Assembly (NCBI GenBank): GCA_051294375.1
Contig: CM119265.1
Location: 13,756,124 to 13,820,123, forward strand
Source of the DNA: Paraspadella gotoi
Taxonomy: Eukaryota; Animalia; Chaetognatha
Direction: 5' to 3'
DNA length: 64,000 nucleotides
In this document: piece by piece, positions 52,651-64,000 of the stretch
Numbering within the stretch: the stretch's first letter is position 1
How the letters are laid out: every line of letters starts with the position of its first letter
Translations under genes and position numbers: made by a program
Notes under the pieces: model-generated
Databases searched by the model: none
Told to the model about the DNA's origin: nothing
The model's input: the letters and a program-made list of their open reading frames with translations, nothing else

Positions 52651-52816
52651 TCACCGGCTTTTTTAGTTTTTTTTTTTTTTTTAATTATTTGACTTTTTCT
52701 CGGTTAACCATTAAGGAATAGTGAAAGTTACATACGAAATTCTAAAAGTCAATTATGAACAACATACCATCATGTGAACATTAATTTGTAAAAAAAATAA
52801 TATTTTATGTTTTTTT

Positions 52817-53211
52817 AATTTTCGCAGTAGGCTATATTATATATGTACTATTCCTTATAAAATCGAAAAATTTCAAAATAGCTTTTTTTTAATTTTGATT
52901 GCAGATTTGAATTCCTCGTCAAAAGTTGATAGAAGAAAATATAAATCATTTTAAAAATTTCTTTCATTAGGTGGGTTAAAATTAAAAAAACTATTATTTA
53001 TTATATAAAAGTTAATTTTCAGCTTCAAATGTAGCTTATTTCTAATTTTTGACCCCATCTATTGAAGGAATTTTTCAAAAAGAGTTATATTTCTTTTTAC
53101 CAACTTTTTATGACAAATCCAAATCTATTGCAAAAAAATCTTAGAAAAAACTGTTTTGAAATTTAACATTTATGGTTTAGTACTAGTATAATATGGCCTA
53201 CTGCGTAAATT
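52817..53211. mobile_element. AT-rich foldback / MITE-like imperfect palindrome
   Basis: Left end AATTTTCGCAGTAGGCTATATTATATATGTACTA vs reverse complement of the right end AATTTACGCAGTAGGCCATATTATACTAGTACTA. Internal arms also pair imperfectly (AAATTTCAAAATAG with CTGTTTTGAAATTT; ~52903-52993 with ~53031-53126). Confidence 0.75.
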
Positions 53212-54564
53212 GTAAAATTAATTATAAAAATTTTTTATAAAATACAGTAAATGTGCATTAGTAATAATATAAACTAGCAAGATGTTTTTTTCCGTAAGAG
53301 ATGGTTCCCTGCCTTTTAGAAATATTTAAGTTAAAAGTTAATAAATTTAGGAGAAGATTTTAACACAACGAAGAACTAGGACAACACTCTAGCTGGGATG
53401 AAATTGACTAACATAATATTGATGGGAAACACTAACAAAAGTCTGAAAAAACACAAACCATCACTTCAAGACGAACCCAGACCACATACTTGAAAACCAC
53501 GGCACCTAGCTAATTGTATAACGACTAAATAACTCTCCTGACAGCGACGCTGCGCCCGCCCGACTGGGGACTACGGGTTGTACGATACCACCCGCGGCCC
53601 ACTTACGTGGGACGGTGCGCCTTATTAACCTCATCGATTACCTGAATAATCTTATGGGCTTCTATGACTGTGAACTATGACTACATAAAACATTATCAAC
53701 AAAAACATCCGAAATGCCGAAACTTTCACGAAAGACAAAAGCTTTTTAAATTATATATTCACGTGAACTGCTCGTGGGCGATCACCGTCGCTCCGTTCAA
53801 CTTTTAACACAAAAAACCAACGACAACCAGTTCTTTTCTTGTTTTCCCCTCATTCATTTTTGATAGAATTCACGCGATGCGTGAAAAATCCTCCATTTTC
53901 CCCTCTCAGTCACAGTCCGAGTTCCGCGGTGAAAAAGGATTTCAAATCCTAAAATTAAAACGCCCCCCATTTTTTTTCTCTCCCAATGGCTCATCTGAAA
54001 AAATTATTCATCATCGGCCATTGCAGACATTTTTTTTAAACTTTTTTAAATTTTTGACAAATAGTAAAGGTACTTTGAAGGAAATAACAGGGTTGTTTTC
54101 GGTGATACTTCGCCAAAGAAGTTATTTAAAATTTAAACAAATTTATCTCATACGAATAATATGATATAGTAATAATATGAAATATGTTTGTCTTTATTTT
54201 TGACCTTCACGAAGACCATTTTCTCTCCTATATTTTTCTTATTCTTTTCATTTTTTTTTCCTCAATCATCAGTGATTCACCTCACGTTGCCCTTAAAATG
54301 TTCTTTTGTTCCAACATCACGGGGGTCCGTCCTTTAACCCCAGCCTGGAAGGAATTGACCTTCAAAAAAAGAGGAATGCCCGAAGGCGCGTGCCACAAGA
54401 GCCGAGGTTACGTCGTAGTTTTTTTTTTTTTTTTGCTGAATTGGTTTCTTCGTAGGTCGAGTGATCTGTTTTGACTTTACCCTTTAGGGTGTGGCTGGAA
54501 GAATAATGAAGATAAATGGATAAATAAAAGCGAAGCAAACGATATTTTTTGTGTCTGTTGCATA

Positions 54565-54672
54565 TGAAATTGGCATATATATATTTAAATATTTAATATT
54601 TATATTAAATAAGCTATCTTGCTCTTGAATTTAAACGGGCTCTGTGGGGCCTCCATCCCTCCTACAGGATGA
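54565..54672. mobile_element. Diverged partial copy of the element at 36281
   Basis: Shares (TA)TGAAATTGG, the exact 17-mer TAAATAAGCTATCTTGC and GGCCTCCATC in the same order and similar spacing. Confidence 0.7.
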
Positions 54673-55615
54673 AAACAAATATAATTATCATTGAAAGAAA
54701 AACAGAGAGAGCGTATCCTATCTCTATAGTGTACGACTCGTCTCACCTCCGCCCTCTGGCGGTGGAATCTTCTCGACCGTGAAATCTCTTCCTCTATTAC
54801 GGCGCGGGAGAGTCTTGCCACGAAATTACGAACGGTGGGCGTTTCCCTTCCTGCACCGTTTTACGACGCGGGGCGATGGGGATTGCAATAGCGGGCTACG
54901 AGCGCGGCCATGTTGGACTCCGTGCAAATTTGGGATTAAGGGGATGTCATAATCGAAAGAACGGTATACTATAGAAGACGTTCTTATGCTAGTGTTAATT
55001 TTATTCTTAGAAAATAAGTTTAAATATTAATATAGCATATCTGGTTTTGGGACAAGGCTCATGCTCTAACTAAGGTCGGGGAGGTCTGACTGAATCTTAG
55101 AGTAAGTAAGAGACGGGATGGTGGGAAAGGAAAATATAGTATTGTAAGTCGGCTAAGTGGCGGTAAAAAAGAGTAACAGAAACTGAACTGGAGAGTGACG
55201 TGAGAGAGAAAGAGAGAAAAGAGCGTGAATGTGAAAAACCTAAATCCTGGAGACTCGCGCCATGATATCCGGGAGGAGGGGGAGAATGATGAGAAACGGT
55301 GCTGCTGTCGAACTATCGGTTCTTTCTGTCATGCTGTAAGTCCGGCTGGGAATCGCTTGGACCAATCAAGTTTAGTCTCGTCGATGTTCAAATCCATGAA
55401 AAGCTCGAAGTATTCGTTTAAATCCGGTATTCCCTCTTTTAACTTCATCGGGCTTTCCCTCGGCATAGTTCGTTATCGGCTTTTCGCGCGGTTTTTCGCC
55501 GCGCTTCATACTGCATTCATACTCGATCCTGCGTGGGCCATACGGTCCGCGTTAGAATCAATTGTTTAACCTTAGCGGCGGTTCCGCTCGAGTGAGTCTT
55601 CACATTCGGAAGAGA

Positions 55616-55660
<45 letters not shown>

Positions 55661-55666
55661 AGGAGC

Positions 55667-55706
<40 letters not shown>

Positions 55707-56499
55707 AGACAGAGGCAATTTCCTTTGTTCTATTCTCGCGTTACTATCCATGAAAGGATAATAGATCCTCTCATAAAACTCAGTCCAGTTAAGTCATTTA
55801 AGACTCAATCGTTCGATGCCTTTTTTCCCCTTTGAAGTCAGAATGTGGCAATAGACGTCTCCGATCGAATCCTCCCCGAAGGCCGATTGTCTAATCAATA
55901 TAGTTTCCGACAAAAGGCGAACGCGGTCTCTTAAATCGCGACCATCCATTGCGGATGAGTCGTTGACCGACAGCAATATTATTTCCCCGATCGCGAAACG
56001 GGAAAGAAAGACAAAGGCAGCGTTTTTTTTTTATATTTCAGCTCTCACGATTCACGGATCTCTTTCTCCGTCCCGAGGAATAAATTATTCACTCGTCCTT
56101 TATCTTTGAAAGTTCAGCTCGTTCGTCCGCTCGCCTCCATTTTTCGATTGCAGGCTTTTTTTTTTTAAATGCCATCGCTTTGTGATGTTTGGCTAAAAAT
56201 ATCAATTTCGTGACTCCATTTTTGATTTTTTATCAAGTCATATCAGTGAAAGTTGGTCGCTAGTTTGTCGTAAAGCTTAAAGATTTATTCGGTCACCATA
56301 TGTGAGTTTTCCTGAAAATAACAAACTGATTTAATCTCGTTTTTCGCACATTTAAAAAAATATATAATTACTAAATAATGTTGAAGAGCAATTTTTACAA
56401 CATTGGTCTTATCTTTGAACCCTCCTCCCAAAATCGATGTCTCAACCTCTCAACTCGTCCCTCCTTTTCTTTCTTTCCATTTTTTATCTGAGTAATTTT

Positions 56500-56960
56500 T
56501 CTATTTTTCAACCTCCTCTCCCTTTGTTATCTTTCAACCAACTTTCCCTTACTTTCTTCCTTTTCATCTCCTCTCCTTTGCTTTTCTTCTTTCAACCACC
56601 TCTCCTTTGCTTTTTTCCATCTCCTGTACTTTGCTTTTCTTCTTTCAACCACCTCTCCTTTGCTTTTTTTCCATCTCCTCTCCCTTTCTTTTTTTCTTTC
56701 AACCACCTCTTCCTTGCTCTCTTCCTTTCCATCTCCTATCCTTTGCTTTTTTTCTTTTAACCACCTCTCCCTTGCTTTTTTTTTTCATCTCCTGCCCTTT
56801 GCTTTTCTTCTTTCAACCACCTCTCCTTTGCTTTTTTTCCCATCTCCTCTCCCTTTCTTTTTTTCCCCCCATTTCCTCTCCTTTGCTTTTCTTTTTTCAA
56901 CCACCTCTCCTTCTCTTTTCTTTTACCATTTCTCCCTTCATTTCTTTCTTTCAACTTCCT
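56500..56960. repeat. Pyrimidine-rich minisatellite, ~53-58-bp unit
   Basis: AACCACCTCT with following CCTTTGCTTTTTTCCATCTCCT variants recurs near 56594, 56647, 56701, 56759, 56815 and 56899. Confidence 0.9.
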
Positions 56961-57771
56961 CTTCCTCCATTCCTTTCCTTCCTCCTCCTCTCCTTTCCCC
57001 GCCTCTAAAATCGGCCTCAACGATTCTCTCGCCTCATTGAACCCATAACAACTTTATGGACTTCCGGTTTCCTCCCACAATGACCATCGGCAGGCGGCGT
57101 CGGCGAGCGGCGGCGTCGCCGACGTCGGTGGAGCCTGCGGACGGGAGTCGCCCGGCGTCGGCGTCGCCGTCCNNNNNNNNNNNNNNNNNNNNNNNNNNNN
57201 NNNNNNNNNNNNNNNNNNNNNNNNNNNNNNNNNNNNNNNNNNNNNNNNNNNNNNNNNNNNNNNNNNNNNNNNNNNNNNNNNNNNNNNNNNNNNNNNNNNN
57301 NNNNNNNNNNNNNNNNNNNNNNNNNNNNNNNNNNNNNNNNNNNNNNNNNNNNNNNNNNNNNNNNNNNNNNNNNNNNNNNNNNNNNNNNNNNNNNNNNNCT
57401 CTGAATCGGCATTCCCATTGTTCCTTTGTCTCCGGCTTCGTTTTTCCAGGCGCCATCTTTGTTCGCCGCCGTCGTCATCGTTTTCATTATCGGCTTGTTT
57501 ATTCTCAAGTTACCATTTCATCCCCAATCCTTTTGTTTTTCAACATTTATTAGTGATAAGAAAGAATTGACATAGCTGATAGACGGAGAATGTTTGGAAT
57601 TTTGAAACTTATTTTATTAATAACAACCCTTAAACCAAACGCGCGCCTTGTCTTCATTGTTCAAAGTACTACAGTACGTCATTGTCCGTCGAAATAGTAC
57701 CTCGTTTTTCAGCTCTTTTCTATTCGACCAGTTAACCCTCGTGACCAAAGGCTATTGACCCCCTGACCCCG

Positions 57772-57886
57772 ATGAGAGGCGATTTGACCTGTGACCCCGA
57801 ACCCGACCCTTTGGCCGTTGACCTCGACGAATGGCGCCTCCTTCGTTCACTCGATTCTCTTAGGAAAGGAAAAAACCTTCGATCTG
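57772..57886 (+). CDS. Possible coding exon
   Basis: ATG-initiated open frame MRGDLTCDPEPDPLAVDLDEWRLLRSLDSLRKGKNLRS ending at a good donor G|GTAAGG, with an acceptor-like CAG upstream at 57729-57731. No recognisable homology. Confidence 0.3.
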
Positions 57887-58110
57887 GTAAGGGAAAGGAA
57901 GGGTGAGTAAAATATATGAGAGAAAAAGATAAAAAAAGAAACACGAACTCGAAAATAGTCAGCGAAGAAAAAATTGAAAATGCAGCATCGATTTCTTGTC
58001 GAAAGTCGATGAAAAGATAAGTCTTCGTGAAGGTGAGGCTGTCGAAGGGAAAGGTCGTCGCGAGAAAAAAAGGATGAATGGATGGAGAGAGAGAGAGAAG
58101 AGAGAGAGAG

Positions 58111-58166
<56 letters not shown>

Positions 58167-58171
<5 letters not shown>

Positions 58172-61100
58172 TGGAAGGGAACGTGGACAAAGGAAAAGAG
58201 ACGCTTGAAGAGAGCGAGATAAAGAAGAATGGGCTCGATGAAAGGAGGAGAGCGATAAAGGAAGCAAGAGGAAAGAGAGAAAATGAATGGAGCTCATTGA
58301 ACCGGGAGAGACGGAGAGGAAAGAGAAGAGATAAAGCGGAGAAAAGGGAGGAAAAAAATGAAAAAGACAAAGAAAGGAAAAGAAAAAGGAAGAGACAAAG
58401 GGTAAGAAAAAAAGGATTAAGCACGTTTGCTTGAAAGAAAAAATTGTAGAATTGAGTCAATTATCATTTCAAAAAGAGTCGAGTTTCCCTTTTATAAACT
58501 GAACTTTTTTTTTATATTTCTCTTCAGCGTCCATTGGAAGAAAAAAAAAATCAGGGAACAATATAATACAAACCAATCCTGTTTGGGAAAAAAAAAAAGA
58601 GTGGCGACGATAGTAGAAAGATCCTAAATCCTAGAAATGAATAGATTAATTTTGCTGATTTAAGTAGATCGATTTCGATTTCCAGACGTACAAAACGGGA
58701 GGAGACGAGGAGAAAATGGAGGCATTCGATTGATATCCTTGTTAAGATATTAGTGAATTCATCGAAGGTGGAAGATGTGCGTTTAATTATTTATGTTTGT
58801 TTCGTTGTTTCTTTCTTTCTTTCTTTCTTTCTTTTTCTTCTTTTTCTTCTTTCTCTTCTTTTTTTCTTCTTCTTTCTTTCTTTCTTCTGTTCTTTCCTTT
58901 TTTTGTTCCTCTCTCCTCCTCTTTCATTAATACTTTCTCCTCAAATCCATCTCCCTCTCCTCTCTCTCTTCTCTCTCCTCTCTTCTCTCTCTCTCTTCTC
59001 TCATCTCTCTCGTCTCCTCTCATCTTTTTATAATATCTTTCCAGCGTATATTGTTTTCTCAATTTCTTTGTACCTAATCAACAGAGCCATCGATATTCGC
59101 TCCTTCTGGAGGTCATTCCTTCGAACCTGGGTGGAAGACTACCAGATGAGTTTCCATGGCATGCTCTCCTCTATCCTCTCCGTGTCTTTCTACTTCCTCC
59201 TCTCTCTCTTGCTCTTCGTCTCCTCCTTTCATCTGCTCCTCTCTTTTTTGCCTCTCCGATCTATACCTCCTGTCGCTCCATTTTTTTTTTTTTTTTTTTT
59301 TTTTTCGTTTCGCTCTTATCTCTCTTCCCATTTCTCCTTTTAATCGGCCATCCCTTCTCTCTCTCATGCTCCACAAGATCCTATCTCTCTCTCTCGTCGC
59401 TCCTTCATCTCTCTTCTCTCTCTTTGCGAAAGAGTGATTCCAAGCAAGGCATGTATCTAATTAGATAATATTTATCGAAGTTTTAAGATATCTTTCAAAG
59501 GCGTAAAAACGCATTACTCATCTGCAAACCTTATTTTTTAATTCTCCAGGTATTTTTTTTCCCAATTTAAATTTCTCGCTGATAATCAAGACAATATTCA
59601 ATATTTTAATTTAAATTAAGCAATGTCTTTGTTTTCCCTTTATTTTACGGTTCATGCGCCCGCGTTTTTTTAAAAAGAACCCGTTGCAGAGGTCTAAATC
59701 TAATTGTTTTTATAAGGTTTATTTTTAACTTTCGCCATCAAAACTGAAACTCGGTCCCGATTCGTTTATATAAACATATCAAATTAAGTATTCCACAGCG
59801 AGTAATTTGTCTTTAACATGATAACTCCCGCCTTCCGTATCGCTTTTTCTATAAATCGACCTCCGAACGGTTTCCTTGGAAAGGAAGCGACGGGATACGG
59901 CTGCTTAGCACGGGCGTCCCGTTGCCAAGAGGCGTAGCGTCCGTGCATAGGATATCGTCGTTATGACGAAGGAGAGATACTGCACTCCTCGTTCCCTCTT
60001 CTCTCTCTTCTCTTCCTCTCTCTCTCCCTCTCTCCTCTGCTCTACCTCTCCTCTCTTCTCTCCCTCCTCNNNNNNNNNNNNNNNNNNNNNNNNNGAGGAA
60101 TGGAAGGAACGTCGGACAAAAGGAAAAGAGACGCTGAAAGAGAGCGAGAAAAAAGAACTGGGCTCGAGAAAGGAGGAGAGCGATCAAAGCGAAGCCAAGA
60201 GGAAAGAGAGAACTGAATGGCGCCAATTGACCGAGAGAGAGACGGGAGGAGGAAGAGAGAGATAAAGACGGAGAAAAAGGGAGGAAAAAAAGAAAAAGAC
60301 AAAGAAAAGGCAAAAGAAAGGAAGAAGACAAAGGGTAAGAAAAAAAAGGATTAAGACGTTTCTTGAAAAAAAAAATTGTAGAATTGAGTCAATTATCATT
60401 TTTCAAAGAGTCGAAAGTTTTTCCTTTTAAAAACTGAACTTTTTTTTATATTTCTCTCAGCGTCCATTGAAAGAAAAAAAAATCAGGGAACAATATACCA
60501 TCTGTGGGAGAGAGTGGGAACGATAGTAAGGAAAAGATCCTAAATCCTAATGAATAGTGAATTTGCTGATTTAGTCGGATTTCCGATTTCCAGACGAACA
60601 GAAAGGGAGGGAGAGAGAAAATGGAGGCATTGACTTCGATATCTTTGTTAAAAGTATTATGAATTATCGAAGTTGGATGTGCGTTTATTTTTATGTTTTA
60701 TCGTTTGTTTNNNNNNNNNNNNNNNNNNNNNNNNNNNNNNNNNNNNNNNNNNNNNNNNNNNNNNNNNNNNNNNNNNNNNNNNNNNNNNNNNNNNNNNNNN
60801 NNNNNNNNNNNNNNNNNNNNNNNNNNNNNNNNNNNNNNNNNNNNNNNNNNNNNNNNNNNNNNNNNNNNNNNNNNNNNNNNNNNNNNNNNNNNNNNNNNNN
60901 NNNNNNNNNNNNNNNNNNNNNNNNNNNNNNNNNNNNNNNNNNNNNNNNNNNNNNNNNNNNNNNNNNNNNNNNNNNNNNNNNNNNNNNNNNNNNNNNNNNN
61001 NNNNNNNNNNNNNNNNNNNNNNNNNNNNNNNNNNNNNNNNNNNNNNNNNNNNNNNNNNNNNNNNNNNNNNNNNNNNNNNNNNNNNNNNNNNNNNNNNNNN

Positions 61101-61757
61101 NNNNNNNNNNNNNNNNNNNNNNNNNNNNNNNNNNNNNNNNNNNNNNNNNNNNNNNNNNNNNNNNNNNNNNNNNNNNNNNNNNNNNNNNNNNNNNNNNNNN
61201 NNNNNNNNNNNNNNNNNNNNNNNNNNNNNNNNNNNNNNNNNNNNNNNNNNNNNNNNNNNNNNNNNNNNNNNNNNNNNNNNNNNNNNNNNNNNNNNNNNNN
61301 NNNNNNNNNNNNNNNNNNNNNNNNNNNNNNNNNNNNNNNNNNNNNNNNNNNNNNNNNNNNNNNNNNNNNNNNNNNNNNNNNNNNNNNNNNNNNNNNNNNN
61401 NNNNNNNNNNNNNNNNNNNNNNNNNNNNNNNNNNNNNNNNNNNNNNNNNNNNNNNNNNNNNNNNNNNNNNNNNNNNNNNNNNTTTAAACTTTCGCCTCAA
61501 ACGAAACTGGTCAACCGATCCGTTTATAATAAACATATCAAATTAATTCCACAGCCAAGAGTAATTTGTCTCTTAACCCGCCTCGTATCGCTTTTCTATC
61601 GCAAGCCCCTCCCACAACGGTTCCCTTTGGCAAAGGAAGCGACGGCGAACGGCTGCCTTAGCAACGGCGTCACCCCGTTGCCAAGAGGCGTTAATGCGTC
61701 CGTGCCATGATGGATATCGTCGTTATGACGAGGAGAGATACTACGCAGCTCTCTCGG

Positions 61758-61760
<3 letters not shown>
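58167..61760 (+). repeat. Tandem duplication of ~1.9 kb across a 25-N gap
   Basis: 58167-58810 matches 60095-60710 and 59725-60000 matches 61483-61760. The copies are separated by exactly 25 Ns (60070-60094) and differ by scattered indels. Confidence 0.93.
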
Positions 61761-61839
<79 letters not shown>

Positions 61840-62864
61840 CCCCGTCTCGGGGTGATCTTCCCGTGGATTCGTCTCAAGCGCCCCGTAAAACTTTTCTCTT
61901 TCACTTGGCGTTTTTTACAATCGCCGCTTCGCCGCCTTCGACTCCCGATTCTTTCAAATTCCTTTCAAATTTCCTTTCTTTCCTTTCTTTTCACGCGCTC
62001 TCCATTCACCTCTTCTTTCTTCACTTATTTCACGGCTTTTTTCCCTTCCCCGTTCTCACTTCCAAACACGGTGTGCTTCGGCGTTTTTTTTCTCCTCATT
62101 CTTTTTCGCTCCGAGTGTGCACTGTGCAGGATAGGTGCAACACTGTGTGCAACATCCCATGCGCTTCACTCATATTTCACGCATCAATCTTTGCCACGTT
62201 TTTATCTTTTTTTTTCCTCCTTCTCTCTTACTCTCTCTCTCCCTCTATCTCTCGCTCTCTCTCTTCCTCCCTCCCTTTTGAATATCATCCAAACTGCCCT
62301 CATTATCCCTGATTACAGAACAAACCTGACGGTAATGAGGTAGTGAGAGATTAGGGATCTGAAAAATGAACTTTTACCTTTTTTCTTATTTCTTTTTACA
62401 TTCGATTTTTTTTTCCCCGCTTCGTTTTCTCCGTAGCTCTGTATGATTTACTCTTTTTTTTTCAATCCGCGAGTCGAGTTTTTTTTTTTTCAAAATCTAT
62501 TTTGAAAAAGATTAAATTCTGAACCATTCGTTTATTTTTCGTTGTTTGAGCGATAACCTCAACTAAAAGTAATATATTAGAAATAGTCTTAAATGGATAA
62601 ATATTTGTAGACTAGTATAATATCTTATAGCATTATGCTTCGAATCAAGAAACCAAAATAACCATTATAACATTTTTGTTAAAAAAAAAGAAAGAAAACA
62701 ATATTGTTTCGATTGAGTGAATTTGTTTGTTAAAAAATTAGCTATCGAGCGCCAACGTTAATTTCGGAATTAAAATTCCGAGGCGCGCTAAGTAGGCGTT
62801 TCGAAGCAAGACCGGCCCTGTTGAACATTCGCTACGAGGATTTTAATCATTCGCGAGCATGTCG

Positions 62865-62969
<105 letters not shown>

Positions 62970-64000
62970 CGTTCTTCATCCCCCCTTAAAAAAAGTGGAA
63001 CGCTTTCTTCCTTGAACTTGTCAAAAATTCATCCTTTTCAATCAACGCGGTGACCGGGAGACGCGACGACGATGACGCCGGAAGAGACGCCGCCGCCGCC
63101 GCCGCCCCCGCCGCCGCCGTCATCGTCGCCTTTTCACCCACTTTCATCATCTTCTCTACTTTTTCTTCATTTTGGATCTTTTTTTTTTCTTTCTCTTCTT
63201 TTGTTCCTTTATGTCCTTTTATGGTCCGTTCCCTTTCTTTATTTCTTTCTCTCCTCTCTTCTCTTTTTTTTTTTGATCCTCTTTCCATCCATCGCTTTTA
63301 ACATCCTCTTCTTCTTTTTTATACATATTAGATTTTTTGATGAACATTGCTTTTTCTTATTATTTTTTTTTTAACGCTGAAACGATTTTTGTTGCTCCAT
63401 TTATCAACAAAGATTTTCTTCCTCTGTTTTTTTGTTTTTTTTTTATTTACATTACGTCCAACCTTTTAGAAGAGAGATAAAGGAAAGAAAAAAACAACGG
63501 AGAAAGAAAAAAAAAAAGAGAGAAAAATGGAGAGAAATAGAAATCCTTTTATCATCCACCGTCGAGGAGTTCCCCGCTGATTTATTTTCCCTTCTTGTCC
63601 TTTTGTTCCTAAGCGCTTCTGTTCTGAGCGACAGCGACGACGACAGCGCCCCTGGTGAGACGAAATGAACAACGAAGCCGCGCGGGGGAAAACTGAGAGA
63701 GAGAGGATGGTGAATGAAAGGACGAGATGAAGAAGGTAGTGGTGGAAAAGAGAGTGCTATGTGGGGGAACGTGGAGCGGGTGGAGCGCGCGTGAAGTGAA
63801 AAGACGAGTTAAGGAGCGGTTGTGAGTCGGAAATTGGCAAAGAGCGTTGGAGTGAAACGGGCTATGGAGGCGATTTAGGTGACAGGCAGCGAAACGCTTA
63901 AAGTGATTGGAAAACAAGAAGAGAAGGCAAGGAGAGCGTCTCCGCGCGGAAAGAATTAAAATGGCGAAAAGAGACGAAAACAAAGAACTAAAAGAGGGCG

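Noticed and set aside
59086-59180. Exon-like segment after a CTAAT...CAG acceptor; one frame recalls a RasGEF REM motif (LRTWVEDY), another a CRAL-TRIO tail (IPSNLGG)
   Set aside because: Different frames give different weak resemblances and no supporting exons of either family were found.
3508-61710. Long ORFs made mostly of X (e.g. 3508..4110, 6902..7798, 60673..61710)
   Set aside because: They are open only because they run through N gaps.
62112-62152. Two GTGTGCA words resembling metal-response elements
   Set aside because: Short motifs in a TGCA-rich patch with no associated target gene.

Overview
This is eukaryotic, probably animal, draft-assembly sequence: AT-rich, CpG not obviously depleted, dense in (AG)n/(CT)n, (GAC)n and poly-A/T tracts, with short GT-AG introns and many N gaps. 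Almost all supplied ORFs are low-complexity artefacts. One complete gene could be rebuilt by hand, and the ORF track misses it: a 4-exon minus-strand gene (4450-5496) for a 165-aa secreted, Lys/Glu-rich protein I do not recognise. Its first intron holds a near-perfect ~140-bp palindrome with Penelope-like pLTR/hammerhead-remnant features. Large duplications dominate the window: a ~10.4-kb inverted repeat (9848-20299 vs 31492-41977), a forward-reverse-forward triplication of ~1.9 kb (20315-26227), a very noisy inverted copy of ~8760-9840 (27790-29180) and a tandem duplication (58167-61760). Dense indel differences between copies and fixed 25-N/10-N gaps suggest long-read gap-filling artefacts or a mis-joined second haplotype rather than biology, although the large arms do differ by real-looking structural variants, including a ~255-bp insertion of a small repeat family. 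Other items: an Asp-rich repeat exon, a decayed transposase-like fragment, a foldback element, a TCACGTGA cluster and a compact four-way RNA-like structure. I found no rRNA, tRNA, CRISPR array or recognisable conserved gene, and no convincing new multi-gene system. All alignments and translations were done by eye.
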